The notes: generated by a model from the sequence alone, not told the origin. Shown: positions 50,788-63,800, counted from the first letter of the stretch. The stretch: 64,000 bases of DNA from Nemertoderma westbladi (GCA_032718475.1 JAUCBJ010007728.1:62001-126000); one strand, 5' to 3'. Numbers and translations: made by a program.

Positions 50788-51585
50788 CAAAAGAACAGGT
50801 AACATTTACATTTATAGCAGGAATCAGCTGTTATATGCTACGTATTTCCGCTGGAGATGAATGAATTTTGATTGTATCAGAACACCCCTATCTGTGGTTG
50901 TATGAGTGGAGAGATAAGTATCCTATCTCCCTATTAATATTGTTTTGTTCTAGAATATTTACTATGGTTTCATCGTATTGTCAAAGTGACTGGAGTTGAA
51001 GTTAACTCATAATACAATAATTCACCTCAAATATCTCAGCTATTTCATGAACATAATGAAGTATTAAAGCCATGTCAAAATCCTTGGTGTTTTTCTGCAA
51101 TAATTTATCAAAATATCCTCTATTTTTTTCCAAAAACCATATCGATTTTCTTATTTATAACTTCTAACCCACTGATAGAGATAAAGAATCTTAAATGAAA
51201 GTCCCAAGAACAGGTAACACTTACATTTATAGAAGTAATCAGCTGTTATTAGCTACGTCTTTCCGCTAAAGATGAATGAATTTTGATTGTGTCAGAACAC
51301 CCCCTATCTGTGGTTGTATGAGTGGAGAGATAAGTAGCCTATCTCCCTATTAATATTGCTGTGTTCTAGAATATTTATTATTGTTTCATCGTATTGCTAA
51401 AGTGGCTGGAGCTAAAGTTATTATGTAATGCAATAATTCACCTCAAATATCTCAGCTATTTCATGAACATAATGAAGTATTAAAGCCATGTCAAAATCAT
51501 TGATTTTTTTCAAAAACCATATCGATTTTCTTATTTATATCTTCTAACCCACTCCTCCACGAGATAGAGAATCTTAAATGAAAGT
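50788..51585 (+). repeat. Satellite block 4 (~2 monomers)
   Basis: Same monomer, one with a ~36-bp deletion near 51502. Confidence 0.97.
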
Positions 51586-51969
51586 TGTCCGGAATATTTC
51601 GGAATCCCGGACATCGAAAATATCAAGGACCGAAAGAAAACATGTATTTCTTGCTTGCTAGTATATTACTCAGTTCGTATATATATCAGTATATAATAGG
51701 ATAACGTACATACATAAATGTCAGATAACACAAAACTAAAACAGTAAAACTAAAAGCACAGTGTACTCTACTGCCGTACTGCCTGACTGAACTACCAACT
51801 GAAAGCACCCAGCTGATCATCCTAAATACAGTATATTTGGGACACACTGGGCCCCAGAGAAAATACATATTTGCACAACAGATACTTAGCTTCATGGATA
51901 AGACAAAACTAGTAAGACACAAATATGTTTACATAGAAATTTGATTAAAAATATCTTTCAAATATAAAT

Positions 51970-54900
51970 TCAATCGCTTTCACCTTCACTTTCACTTTCA
52001 TAGACTTGCATAATTTTACGTCTTGCGTCAATAGCAGCTTTACGTTTCGGTCGAACTACATTAGCTGTTTCAACAGTAGTTTCGGTCGAAGTCAATGTGG
52101 GTGTAGGGTCATGAACATCAGGGCACTCCAAGGGATAAAGACGCTTGATTGGCCTTACACAACTACCATTCTTAGTCCTTAATGTCACTGATCGTACATG
52201 ACCATCTATACCTTTATGTAACTCGATGACCTTTCCTAATGACCACTGCATACAAGGTATCTTGTCACCAATCAATACAACATCGCCGATATTTGGAGAT
52301 CGTATAATTTCCTTGGCTGTACCCCGATGAAACTCGCGTAATGTTGACAAATAATCCTTATTCCACAGACACCATGCTCGATTAAGAATTGATGGCGTTC
52401 GATTAGCCCCTCTCGAATTCCGAACGGAGGATCATTATTCAGATTGTTACTCTCTTCAATATTGACAGGATATCCTGAGATGCGATGTCCGATGAGTAGC
52501 ATAGAGGGTGTTAAGGGTTCTACTTCTCCAACGTTAGAACTAACATAGGTTAATGGTCGGTCGTTCATCATTGCTTCAACCTCTGTTACAATGGTCTGCA
52601 GAGCCTCGAAATCGATAATGCGACGTCCTAATGCCCTCTTCAAAATACTTTTCCCTATTCCGATCAATCGCTCGTAGAGCCCTTCAAACCAAGGAGAATA
52701 CGGAGGGATGAATTCCCAAGAACAACGTTGTGATAAGAGGTAACTCTGAACTGATGAGTCACCTTGTAAGTCTCGTAAATCTAGGTCAGCACCAATGAAT
52801 GTGGTTGAATTGTCACTTATAAAACGCGACGGACATCCTCTACGCGCTATAAATCTACGTAGCGCACATAAGAAAGTTTTGACTGAATTGTCCCGTACGA
52901 CTTCCCAATGGACAGCCCTAGAGGAAGCGCACGTAAAAAGAACAAGGTATGCCTTAACAATTTCGTTGCATTCTTCCACTTGTAAAGCGCCTGTATAATC
53001 AACACCAGTTGTGTTGAAGGGCCGAGACACCTGGACACGATAGGCAGGTAAGGGAGGAATGGGAACTGATGAATAAGACGGTCCTTGAACACGAATGCAA
53101 TTTTTACAACTACGGACTAAGGAGTTTACTCTCTGTCTGATACGAGGAATCCACCAGTTTTGTCTAATATGCATGATAGTCTGAGAAGCTCCCACATGCA
53201 TGGAAATCCAAGATGATTAAGTCGGTAATCCTATGTTTAGAAGGCAACAAAATTGGAAATTTTGTGTTCCAATTTAAATCAGCGTAATCAATGCGACCCT
53301 TACTACGAATTATATTAGTGTCATCTAAGAAAAGTTGTAGTTGTTTTACAAGCACTGGTGTTCGTTTACAAACCATGGGCTTATTTCCCTTTGTCGTAAG
53401 GAAATCCAAGACTTCAGTGAAAGTATCACGTTGGATTCTATGTACCCAATAAGTTTCGGCTGCCTTAATGTCATTAACACCAAGAACAGGAGCAATATTA
53501 CAATAAGAGCTACCGTGACATTTGAGATTATGGACGAATCTCAGAATCCAGGCAGATACTCGTAATAGACGACTGTAGTCGCTATAATCGGCTGGGTTTA
53601 AGATATCGGTAATAACATCCCTTTCTCCATCTCCAAGAATGCTGGTAATCTTATCGTTGTCGTTCTTCTCAGCATCAATAAGGTTACTAGCAACAGAAGC
53701 TATTACCACGGAATTTGGCCAACGGGTACAATCTGGTAACCAATCTGGGCCATATTTCCACAAATCAGAAATAATAAACTTGGAATAATTGATACCCCTT
53801 GTTAAAAGATCACTTGGATTGTCATTCGTACCCACATGTTTGAATGTAGTAGTAGGTAGTAATTCTCTAATTTCTAAAACTCGATTACGTACATACGGTT
53901 TATCCAGTTTGATTGACTGTAACCAACATAGAGCAATAGTGCTGTCAGACCATAGGAAAAGACAACCGCATAAAAATTCCTTGTAATAAATATTAGAAAC
54001 GTAAGTTAATAGTCTAGCTCCAACTAAAATGGCAGTCAATTCCAACTGCGGCAAAGTGAGGCTGCCACTGGCTAAACGTTCAACACTCTTAACCGGAGTA
54101 ACACGTGCCTTGGCTGTTACTAAAGCAGAACCATTGCTGTTAACCATGTAAACAACGGCACCATAAGCCTTAGTTGATGCATCACAAAAGCAATGAAAAT
54201 CAGTTTGGTCTGATAGTGGCAACATTCTAGGCATGGAGAAGGCGGATAATAGATTCAAATCACAAACTAATTTTGACCAATCACGAGCCAGATTACTAGG
54301 AATGACGTCATCCCATTTCAAATTTAATTTCCAGAGTTCTTGAATTAGCATTTTAGAACGAATAGTAACCGGAACTAACCACCCATAAGGATCATATATC
54401 TTTGGAGCAGAACTAACAACATGGCGTTTTGTCAGTTTGTCAATGTCAGGAACGTCAATTTTGCGGGTTGGAAAACCTAAGGTGTCTGCATTAATATTCC
54501 AATTAATACCAAAAATCAAGGTGTCAGGTTTGTCAGTTGTAGGACCGTCACCATTCAGTCTAATAATGTTACTCAATTTCGGTGAATTTGTGAACCATTG
54601 TCGCAAAGGAAACCCACCTTCCCTTAAAATAGCGCGACTTTGAATGTAAAAATCAATAAGTCGATCTTCGGATACCTCTGTATCCTGTAAATTGTCTACA
54701 TACATATTTTGCAAAATTATTTTTGCAATAGGAGCATTACACTGTTTAAGGTGATGTTGAATAGTTGAGTTCAACAAAAATTGGCTACAGTTTGCACCAA
54801 ATAAAACCACTTTAAATCTATAAGTCAAAATTGGACTATTAAGATCAAATGGATCTTTAGGCCAAAGAAATCTAGTGACGTCACGGTCTATTTCGGCTAA

Positions 54901-57628
54901 CCCTATTTGAAAATAAGCCTTTTCAATATCAGAAATAGCACAGAAATTATGAATACGAAAACGTAACAATAAATCATACAGTATTTGATTTGTAGGCGGA
55001 CCAGTTAACAAACAATCATTTAAACTGACATGGTTTTTACTGCTACCAGAAGAACAATCATACACTATACGTAAAGGAGTAGTGGCGGATTGCGGTTTTT
55101 CTACACCGTGGTGTGGTATATAGTGCACCAGATTACCGCTACGAGTGATTCCATTGGATACAAAAATATCATCAACGGGAACTAATTCAATAAAATTTCT
55201 AGTTAACTGCTCATTAACTAAGTTATTGTAACAAGTTAGAAAGTCTGGGTTTCTACGTAATTTATTTAATGTAGATTCTAACCGTTTTCTACATAAACCG
55301 TAGTTTAGTGATAAATGGGCGTGGTTTTGTAACCATGGCAACCTTGTAATGTACATACCATCTCTATATTCAATGCTATTATTAAATTCAAGAATAGCTG
55401 TTTCGTGATCAAAATTGGTAGCATTCATATTAATACAAATTTCATCTAAACTCCACAAACGTTCTAAACATACAGAAACGTCATTACATTGGAGACATAA
55501 TTCACTTGGTTTAACATTGCAATATTCAAAATTATGATTTACACTAATGCCAATGTGCATAACAGAAATAACGTTATTTTGTATACGTGTATCAGAAATC
55601 TTACCAGAATGTACATTTCCTACTATGATATTACCCAAATTGGATGGTAATACATTTACGTCATTTATAACATTATCATTGTAAACAAAATTGAAATACT
55701 GATCACTACCAATAAGTAAACAAATATTGGAAATGGAATCCCCACGGCAAGGATTCCATTTCCAATATTTGTTTACTTATTGGTAGTGATCAGTATTTCA
55801 ATTTTTTGGAAATGGAATCCCCACGGCAAGGATCCGCTAAACTAAATCCTTGTAATGTAAACCGATCGACGATCGCGGAACGGCCCGGAGTCGACAAACG
55901 AGGTAATCTATCAACTAAAATAGCGTTTGTTTCCACGAAACCATCTGAGGTTTCAACGTTAAATGAAACTACATCGTACCATTGACACAATCCGTCACTA
56001 TTAATCCCATCGATACCGATCCAAATCCGTTCCACAATAGGAAGATGTAATGATTCAGCAGCTTGGCGGAGCAATAGAGTACGTTGCGAGCCTTGATCGA
56101 AAAGCGCCCGCAACTTATAGGTACGACGATTATTATCGCTAATAACCGGAACTACGGCAGTCGGTAGTAGCGTTGAATGGTTATCGGTAACCAGAGTAGA
56201 AAAGGAGACGGAGGCAACACTTCCCTTTGAACCACTAGATGCAGTCGGTTGTCGGTTTGTGTCTCTAGAGCTAGATGCTTGGAATTGTAATAACGTGGAA
56301 CCGTGTAGCACTGTATGATGGCGACTGTTACAAACGAAACAATTTTGAGTCGAACACTTCGATAAGTTCGAATGTTCCGGTTTTAAACAGTTGGTACACA
56401 GCTTTAATTCATTGACGCGCTGTGCTTTCTTATCAGGCGTTTTATATATATCGCAGAAGCGAACGCTATGCTCACCCTTACACAGGAAGCATTTTATCGG
56501 CCTTATAGGTCTATTAGTGAACGTCTTCGATGATGGAGATGAGACGGAGAACGAACCGGCGGTTCCGCCTCTGACGTCTTCCGGAGAAAACCTCTTCTTG
56601 TCGACCCAACCTCCCTTTCCCTTCGAAGAAATTGTTGGCTGGGATTCTAGCGAAGTTAACTGCTCGATCTCCTCTTGAAGAGCTTTACGTAGTTCGTCAA
56701 GGGTCCAATATGAAGTTCGAGCCGCACGATTAATGTTATCTCGGATTTTGGCGGGAAGTTTCCTCAACAAAATTTCAGAATAGACATATCCCGCCTCTTC
56801 CTCATTACCACCGAGATTCCTAATGCCACGTATCTGAGCCTCGTACATAGCTCGGAACGCAGCAAGTTCCCGAGATGACGCACCCGGGGACTCCAAATCT
56901 AGAAGTAGATGTAAACGCGACCGCATAATTAATTGCGGTTTACCGAACGATTCGCGTAGTAACTGGACAGCTTCCTCGTAATCTTCGTTCGATCTTTGGA
57001 AGTTGTCGACTAGTCTGGCAGCATCTCCGCTGAGCTGCCCTTCTAGGTAGGAAAACTTCGTCGCCCCAGCTAAATCAGAACGGCTATGAACGGCGTTGTT
57101 AAATCTATCTCAAAAGTTAGTCCAGTCGACTGGATTGCCACTGAAAACCGGACGCTTTAATACCGGAAGCTTCTGAGTTTTATGAGGGTTTGTAGAGGAC
57201 GCACCTGATGTATTATGATTGTGAGGATGTTGTGGTTGGCCCATATCATCGAATTGACCATGATAATCACCAGAATTGAAACGATTGTTGTCCTCTCTAA
57301 CTCGTATGAACTTCTCACAACGTCGTATTGTGGAAGAAATTCGCATATCGTCCTTGGAATTCGTTTCTATATCCGCAGCAATGACGTCAGCCTCGACAAT
57401 ATGAGAATATATTTCCTCGTTGACATCGTTCAACTTCGATTGTTGAACTCGAAGAGCCTCGATAACATCCCGGATCGTGTCGACATCCGGATCGGTTACA
57501 AACTCCCTAGTGGCCGCGTCAACATAGATTAAACCATCGAGTTGAGTCATTAGTCGAGACGCTACCGACTTGTGACCTCGTCGCTTATTTTTCAGGTGTC
57601 GTAAGGTGTCAGCATCCATGTCCATCAC
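51970..57628 (-). pseudogene. gag-pol: BEL-2 gag-pol, broken into five or more pieces
   Basis: Knuckles CFLCKGEH/CTNCLKPEH/CFVCNSRHH, protease LFDQGSQRT, RT YIPHH..NMYVDN, RNase H FCDAS..WSDS, integrase GVDYTG..ISDN..YERL. Stop at 57110-57112, fold-back insertion at ~55755-55833, frameshifts near 53198 and 52375. Confidence 0.93.
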
Positions 57629-57801
57629 GCTATTACGTTGCCGTTAAATCGGGATCCGTTGACCCAATAGGCAAGCCTGATTGCTGACTACTGGACTAGC
57701 AGACAAGTCTGCTACTGCTAGTGCTGCGGTAAAACGATTAGGCTCTACCGGTAATACCGGTAAGAGTTATTAAATTGTCAGGACGACAATTTCCGGGCGA
57801 G

Positions 57802-57819
57802 TCCCGGGTCACCGCACCA
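57802..57819 (-). promoter_or_regulatory. Primer binding site of BEL-2, tRNA-His-like
   Basis: TGGTGCGGTGACCCGGGA two nt after the 5' LTR; resembles the complement of the tRNA-His 3' end (TGGTGCCGTGAC..) with mismatches, so tRNA identity is tentative. Confidence 0.7.
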
Positions 57820-58080
57820 AATGTCCGGAATATTTCGGAATCCCGGACATCGAAAATATCAAGGACCGAAAGAAAACATGTATTTCTTGCTTGCTAGTAT
57901 ATTACTCAGTTCGTATATATATCAGTATATAATAGGATAACGTACATACATAAATGTCAGATAACACAAAACTAAAACAGTAAAACTAAAAGCACAGTGT
58001 ACTCTACTGCCGTACTGCCTGACTGAACTACCAACTGAAAGCACCCAGCTGATCATCCTAAATACAGTATATTTGGGACA

Positions 58081-58915
58081 AAAGTCAAAAGAACAGGTAA
58101 CACTTACATTTATAGAAGTAATCAGCTGTTATTTGCTACGTCTTTCCGCTGAAGATGAATGAATTTTGATTGTGTCAAAAACACCCCCTATCTGTGGTTG
58201 TATGAGTGGAGAGATAAGTAGCCTATCTCCCTATTAATATTGTTGTGTTCTAGAATATTTTTTATAGTTTCATCGTATTGCCAAAGTGACTGGAGCTAAA
58301 GTTATTATGTAATGCAATAATTCACCTCAAATATCTCAGCTATTTCATGAACATAATGAAGTATTAAAGCCATGTCAAAATCCTTGGTGTTTTTCTGCAA
58401 TAATTTATCAAAATATCCTCTGATTTTTTACAAAAAGCATATCGATTTTCATATTTATAACTTCTATCCCACTCCACGAGATAGAGAATCTTAAATGAAA
58501 GTCACAAGAACAGGTAACACTTACATTTATAGAAGTAATCAGCTGTTATTTGCTACGTCTTTCCGCTGAGGATGAATGAATTTTGATTGTGTCAGAACAC
58601 CCCCTATCTGTGGTTGTATGAGTGGAGAGATAAGTAGCCCAACTCCCTATTAATATTGTTGTGTTCTAGAATATTTATTATTGTTTCATCGTATTGCTAA
58701 AGTGGCTGGAGCTAAAGTTATTATGTAATGCAATAAATCACCTCAAATATCTCAGCTATTTCATGAACATAATGAAGTATTAAAGCCATGTCGAAATCCT
58801 TGGTGTTTTTCTGCAATAATTTATCAAAATATCCTCTGTTTTTTTACAAAAAGCATATCGATTTTCATATTTATAACTTCTATCCCACTCCACGAGATAG
58901 AGAATCTTAAATTAA
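58081..58915 (+). repeat. Satellite block 5 (2 monomers)
   Basis: Same monomer between BEL-2 and the fold-back element. Confidence 0.97.
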
Positions 58916-59385
58916 GGGGGGGGGTAGCGCATTTTCTGACCAAAAAGACGAATTTTTGAAACATATCCTATCTGATGCAGAATTTCATGCTGAATCCAAA
59001 TATGGAAACCGTTTTCCCATATCTTGCTTAGTTTTCGAGATATCTGGCATAGAAGATACTGGCTCCTATATATCGCGATATCGGTAAGGCGATGAAGTTT
59101 GGGGTTTGCATTCAATTTCTGCAAATTTCTGTGCCCATTGGTGCCAATTGGATGTCTCCACGAGAAAGAGCACAAAATTTTAATTGAGAAAGTATTTTTT
59201 TATGATTATTGGACCTACTGATCAGTTTATAAGACAACTTCAACTCTCCGGAATGAAGACGGGACTCGAATAAGTGACTCTGCAGTCTTTGCGGGATTAC
59301 ACGGAATAGACTTATCGGTCATCGGAGATCTTCAAAATGTATAATCTCCAGTTCTAGTGGTCGTACGAAGCGGTAGCGGTCATTC

Positions 59386-60189
59386 GGTACTTTTGCACTT
59401 TAGGTCCCCACCCCTAGATTTTTTTTGTGTGTGTTTTTTATGCAAATTACACTACTACAAGGTTAGTGTGACTATCTAGGAACATTTTTGGTATAAAAAA
59501 TGTTAGATTATGTTGCACCCCCGATCAACCCTAACCCAAAACAAAAAGGTTTATTTATTTATTTTTATTTAAAATAGTCAAGCGTTAAATCATTTTATGT
59601 AATTAAATAGCTAAAAAAAAGTACCGGTAAATTTATTTAATAAAATAGAATTCCTTGACATTGCTGAAAAATGCCTCCATCTTGTTCAGCTTTGTTTTAT
59701 TTTTTTCCCTCCACATGAACTCGATGAGATAACTTTCTAGCAGTAGTCTATGAGTTCCGCATTCTCTCTTGTTTCGTTTCTTTGCACGCATCCACATATT
59801 CTCCACTGACTGCGTATGAGCTCCAGTGTCAGGATCAACGAAATTTTTGCTGTGGTTGACTGTCTCGTGATGGTAGCCTTCCGGAAGGTTTTCAATGCCG
59901 TTATAGGCCGCCCAGAGATCCGACATTATTATAGTGTTCGGGTGAATATACTCCTGTATTATTGGAAGCAGCGTTTCAGCTGATCGATTCTCAACAGGCA
60001 CCAGAAATACTTGTGGTAAATGAGCTCACGAATAGAGTTCATTTTAGGCTACTGCTTTTATTAAAAATGTTAAACTGAATACATAAAAATGTTCTCAGAT
60101 AATGCTATTCATATTCTAGAACATAATAATATTATGTTTCCTTGATATAAAAAAATCTCGGTGGTGGGGACCTAAAGTGCAAAAGTACC
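59386..60189 (-). mobile_element. Nested, internally deleted Merlin (IS1595/IS1016-like) DNA transposon, 804 bp
   Basis: Perfect 27-bp TIRs GGTACTTTTGCACTTTAGGTCCCCACC; flanking duplication CATTC (59381-59385, 60190-60194). Confidence 0.9.
59633..60010 (-). pseudogene. C-terminal half of a Merlin/ISXO2-like DDE transposase
   Basis: IMSDLWAAY, HETVNHSKNFVDPDTGAHTQSVENMW, YLIEFMWR; the first catalytic Asp region is missing. Confidence 0.9.
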
Positions 60190-60861
60190 CATTCGAAAGC
60201 TCTTTTCTTAGAGAACAAAGTTACCATTTGATTTAAGACAAAATGGTTCTAAAGCAACATAACATGAATTTTGGTAAAATATGCCTTGCAAATTTTGTTC
60301 AAGTTATGATTGCTCAGGCAGCTTTCAAGAGTTTGCCAAACCAAATGGTAACTTTGGTCTCTGAGAAAAGAGCTTTCGAATGAGCCCTAAACGAACTCCG
60401 TACGACCACTAGAACTGGAGAGTATACATTTTGAAGATCTCCGATGACCGATAAGTCTATTCCGTGTAATCCCGCAAAGACCGCAGAGTCGCTTATTCGA
60501 GTCCCGTATTAATTTCGTAGACATGAAATTGTCTTATAAACTGATCAGTAGGTCCAATAATCATAAAAAAATACCTTCTCAATTAAAATTTTGTGCTCTT
60601 TCTCGTGGAGACATCCAATTAGCACCACTGAGCACAGAAATTTGCAGAAATTGAATGCAAACCCCAAACTTTATCGCCTTACCGATATCGCGATATATCG
60701 GAGCCAGTCTCTTCTATCCCAGATATCTCGAAAAGTAAGCAAGATATAGGAAAACGGTTTCCATATTTGGATTCAGCATGAAATTCTGCATCAGATAGGA
60801 TATGTTTCAAAAATTCGACTTTTTGGTCAGAAAATGCGCTACCCCCCCCCCCCCCCCCCCC

Positions 60862-63800
60862 TTAATGTCAAAAGAACAGGTAACACTTACATTTATAGCA
60901 GTAATCAGCTGTTATATGCTACGTATTTCCGCTGGAGATGAATGAATTTTGATTGCGTTGGAACAACCCCTATCTGTGGCTGTCTGAGTGGAGCGATAAG
61001 TAGCCTATCTCCTTGTTAATATTGTTGTGTTCTAGAATATTTATTATAGTTTCATCGTATTGCCAAAGTGACTAGAGCTGAAGTTGACTCATAATACAAT
61101 AATTCACCTCAAATATCTCAGCTATTTCATGAACATAATGAAGTATTAAAGCCATCTCGAAATCCTTGGTGTTTTTCTGCAATAATTTATCAGAATATCC
61201 TCTGTTTTTTTACAAAAACCATATCGATTTTCATATTTATAACTTTTAACCCACTCCAAGAGATAGAGAATCTTAAATGAAAGTCACAAGAACAGGTAAC
61301 ACTTACATTTATAGAAGTAATCACCTGTTATTTGCTACGTCTTTCCGCTGAAGATGAATGAATTTTAATTGTGTCAAAAACACCCCCTATCTGTGGTTGT
61401 ATGAGTGGAGAGATAAGTAGCCTATCTCCCTATTAATATTGTTGTGTTCTAGAATATTTTTTATAGTTTCATCGTATTGCCAAAGTGACTGGAGCTAAAG
61501 TTATTATGTAATGAAATAATTCACCTCAAATATCTCAGCTATTTCATGAACATAATGAAGTATTAAAGCCATGTCAAAATCCTTGGTGTTTTTCTGCAAT
61601 AATATATCAAAATATCCTCTGATTTTTTACAAAAACCATATCGATTTTCTTATTTATATCTTCTAACCCACCCCTCCACGAGATAGAGAATCTTAAATGA
61701 AAGTCAAAAGAACAGGTAACACTTACATTTATAGAAGTAATCACCTGTTATTTGCTACGTCTTTCCGCTGAAGATGAATGAATTTTGATTGTGTCAAAAA
61801 CACCCCCTATCTGTGGTTGTATGAGTGGAGAGATAAGTAGCCTATCTCCCTATTAATATTGTTGTGTTCTAGAATATTTTTTATAGTTTCATCGTATTGC
61901 CAAAGTGACTGGAGCTAAAGTTATTATGTAATGCAATAATTCACCTCAAATATCTCAGCTATTTCATGAACATAATGAAGTATTAAAGCCATCTCGAAAT
62001 CCTTGGTGTTTTTCTGCAATAATTTATCAGAATATCCTCTGTTTTTTTACAAAAACCATATCGATTTTCATATTTATAACTTCTAACCCACTCCAAGAGA
62101 TAGAGAATCTTAAATGAAAGTCACAAGAACAGGTAACACTTACATTTATAGAAGTAATCAGCTGTTATTTGCTACGTCTTTCCGCTGAGGATGAATGAAT
62201 TTTGATTGTGTCAGAACACCCCCTATCTGTGGTTGTATGAGTGGAGAGATAAGTAGCCTAACTCCCTATTAATATTGTTGTGTTCTAGAATATTTATTAT
62301 TGTTTCATCGTATTGCTAAAGTGGCTGGTGCTAAAGTTATTATGTAATGCAATAAATCACCTCAAATATCTCAGCTATTTCATGAACATAATGAAGTATT
62401 AAAGCCATGTCAAAATCATTGGTGTTTTTCTGCAATAATATATCAAAATATCCTCTGATTTTTTACAAAAACCTAATCGATTTTCTTATTTATATCTTCT
62501 AACCCACCCCTCCACGAGATAGATAATCTTAAATGAAAGTCAAAAGAACAGGTAACACTTACATTTATAGAAGTAATCACCTGTTATTTGCTACGTCTTT
62601 CCGCTGAAGATGAATGAATTTTGATTGTGTCAAAAACACCCCCTATCTGTGGTTGTATGAGTGGAGAGATAAGTAGCCTATCTCCCTATTAATATTGTTG
62701 TGTTCTAGAATATATTTTATAGTTTCATCGTATTGCCAAAGTGACTGGAGCTAAAGTTATTATGTAATGCAATAATTCACCTCAAATATCTCAGCTATTT
62801 CATGAACATAATGAAGTATTAAAGCCATGTCAAAATCCTTGGTGTTTTTCTGCAATAATTTATCAAAATATCCTCATATTTTTTATCGATTTTCTTATTT
62901 ATATCTTCTATCCCACTCCACGAGATAGAGAATCTTAAATGAATGTCAAAAGAACAGGTAACACTTACATTTATAGCAGTAATCAGCTGTTATTTGCTAC
63001 GTATTTCCGCTGGATATGAATTAATTTTGATTGTATCAGAACACCCCTATAGGTGGTTGTATGAGTGGAGAGATAAGTATCCTATCTCCCTATTAATATT
63101 GTTGTGTTCTAGAATATTTTTTATGGTTTCATCGTATTGCCAAAGTAACTGGAGTTGAAGTTAACTCATAATACAATAATTCACCTCAAATATCTCAGCT
63201 ATTTCATGAACATAATGAAGTATTAAAGCCATGTCAAAATCCTTGGTGTTTTTCTGCAATAATTTATCAAAATATCCCCTGATGTTTTAAAAAACCATAT
63301 CGATTTTCATATTTATAACTTCTATCACACTCCACGAGATAGAGAATCTTAAATGAACGTCAAAAGAACAGGTAACACTTGCATTTATAGCAGTAATCAG
63401 CTGTTATATGCTACGTATTTCCGCTGGAGATGAATGAATTTTGATTGTATCAGAACACCCCTATCTGTGGTTGTATGAGTGGAGAGATAAGTATCCTATC
63501 TCCCTATTAATATTGTTTTGTTCTAGAATATTTATTATGGTTTCATCGTATTGTCAAAGTGACTGGAGTTGAAGTTAACTCATAATACAATAATTCACCT
63601 CAAATGTCTCAGCTATTTCATGAACATAATGAAGTATTAAAGCCATGTCAAAATCCTTGGTGTTTTTCTGCAATAATTTATCAAAATATCCTCTATTTTT
63701 TTCCAAAAACCATATCGATTTTCTTATTTATAACTTCTAACCCACTGATAGAGATAGAGAATCTTAAATGAAAGTCCCAAGAACAGGTAACACTTACATT

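Larger units (their letters stand above)
51586..58080 (-). mobile_element. BEL/Pao LTR retrotransposon 'BEL-2' (6.5 kb), structurally complete, coding-defective
   Basis: Identical 259-bp TG..CA LTRs (51586-51844, 57822-58080); 5-bp TSD AAAGT; PPT-position GGGGCCCAGTG; tRNA-type PBS. Confidence 0.97.
58916..60861. mobile_element. Non-autonomous fold-back DNA transposon, Kolobok-like (TTAA TSD, GG..CC ends)
   Basis: TTAA at 58912-58915 and 60862-60865; poly-G/poly-C termini; imperfect inverted arms >500 bp meeting near 60285 once the nested element is removed. Confidence 0.85.

Noticed and set aside
59633-60001. Bacterial IS1595 or contamination
   Set aside because: Nested in eukaryotic repeats with a TSD; consistent with the eukaryotic Merlin branch.
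58912-60865. piggyBac assignment from the TTAA TSD
   Set aside because: Termini are GG..CC, not CC..GG, and the internal transposase fragment belongs to a separate nested element with its own TIRs.
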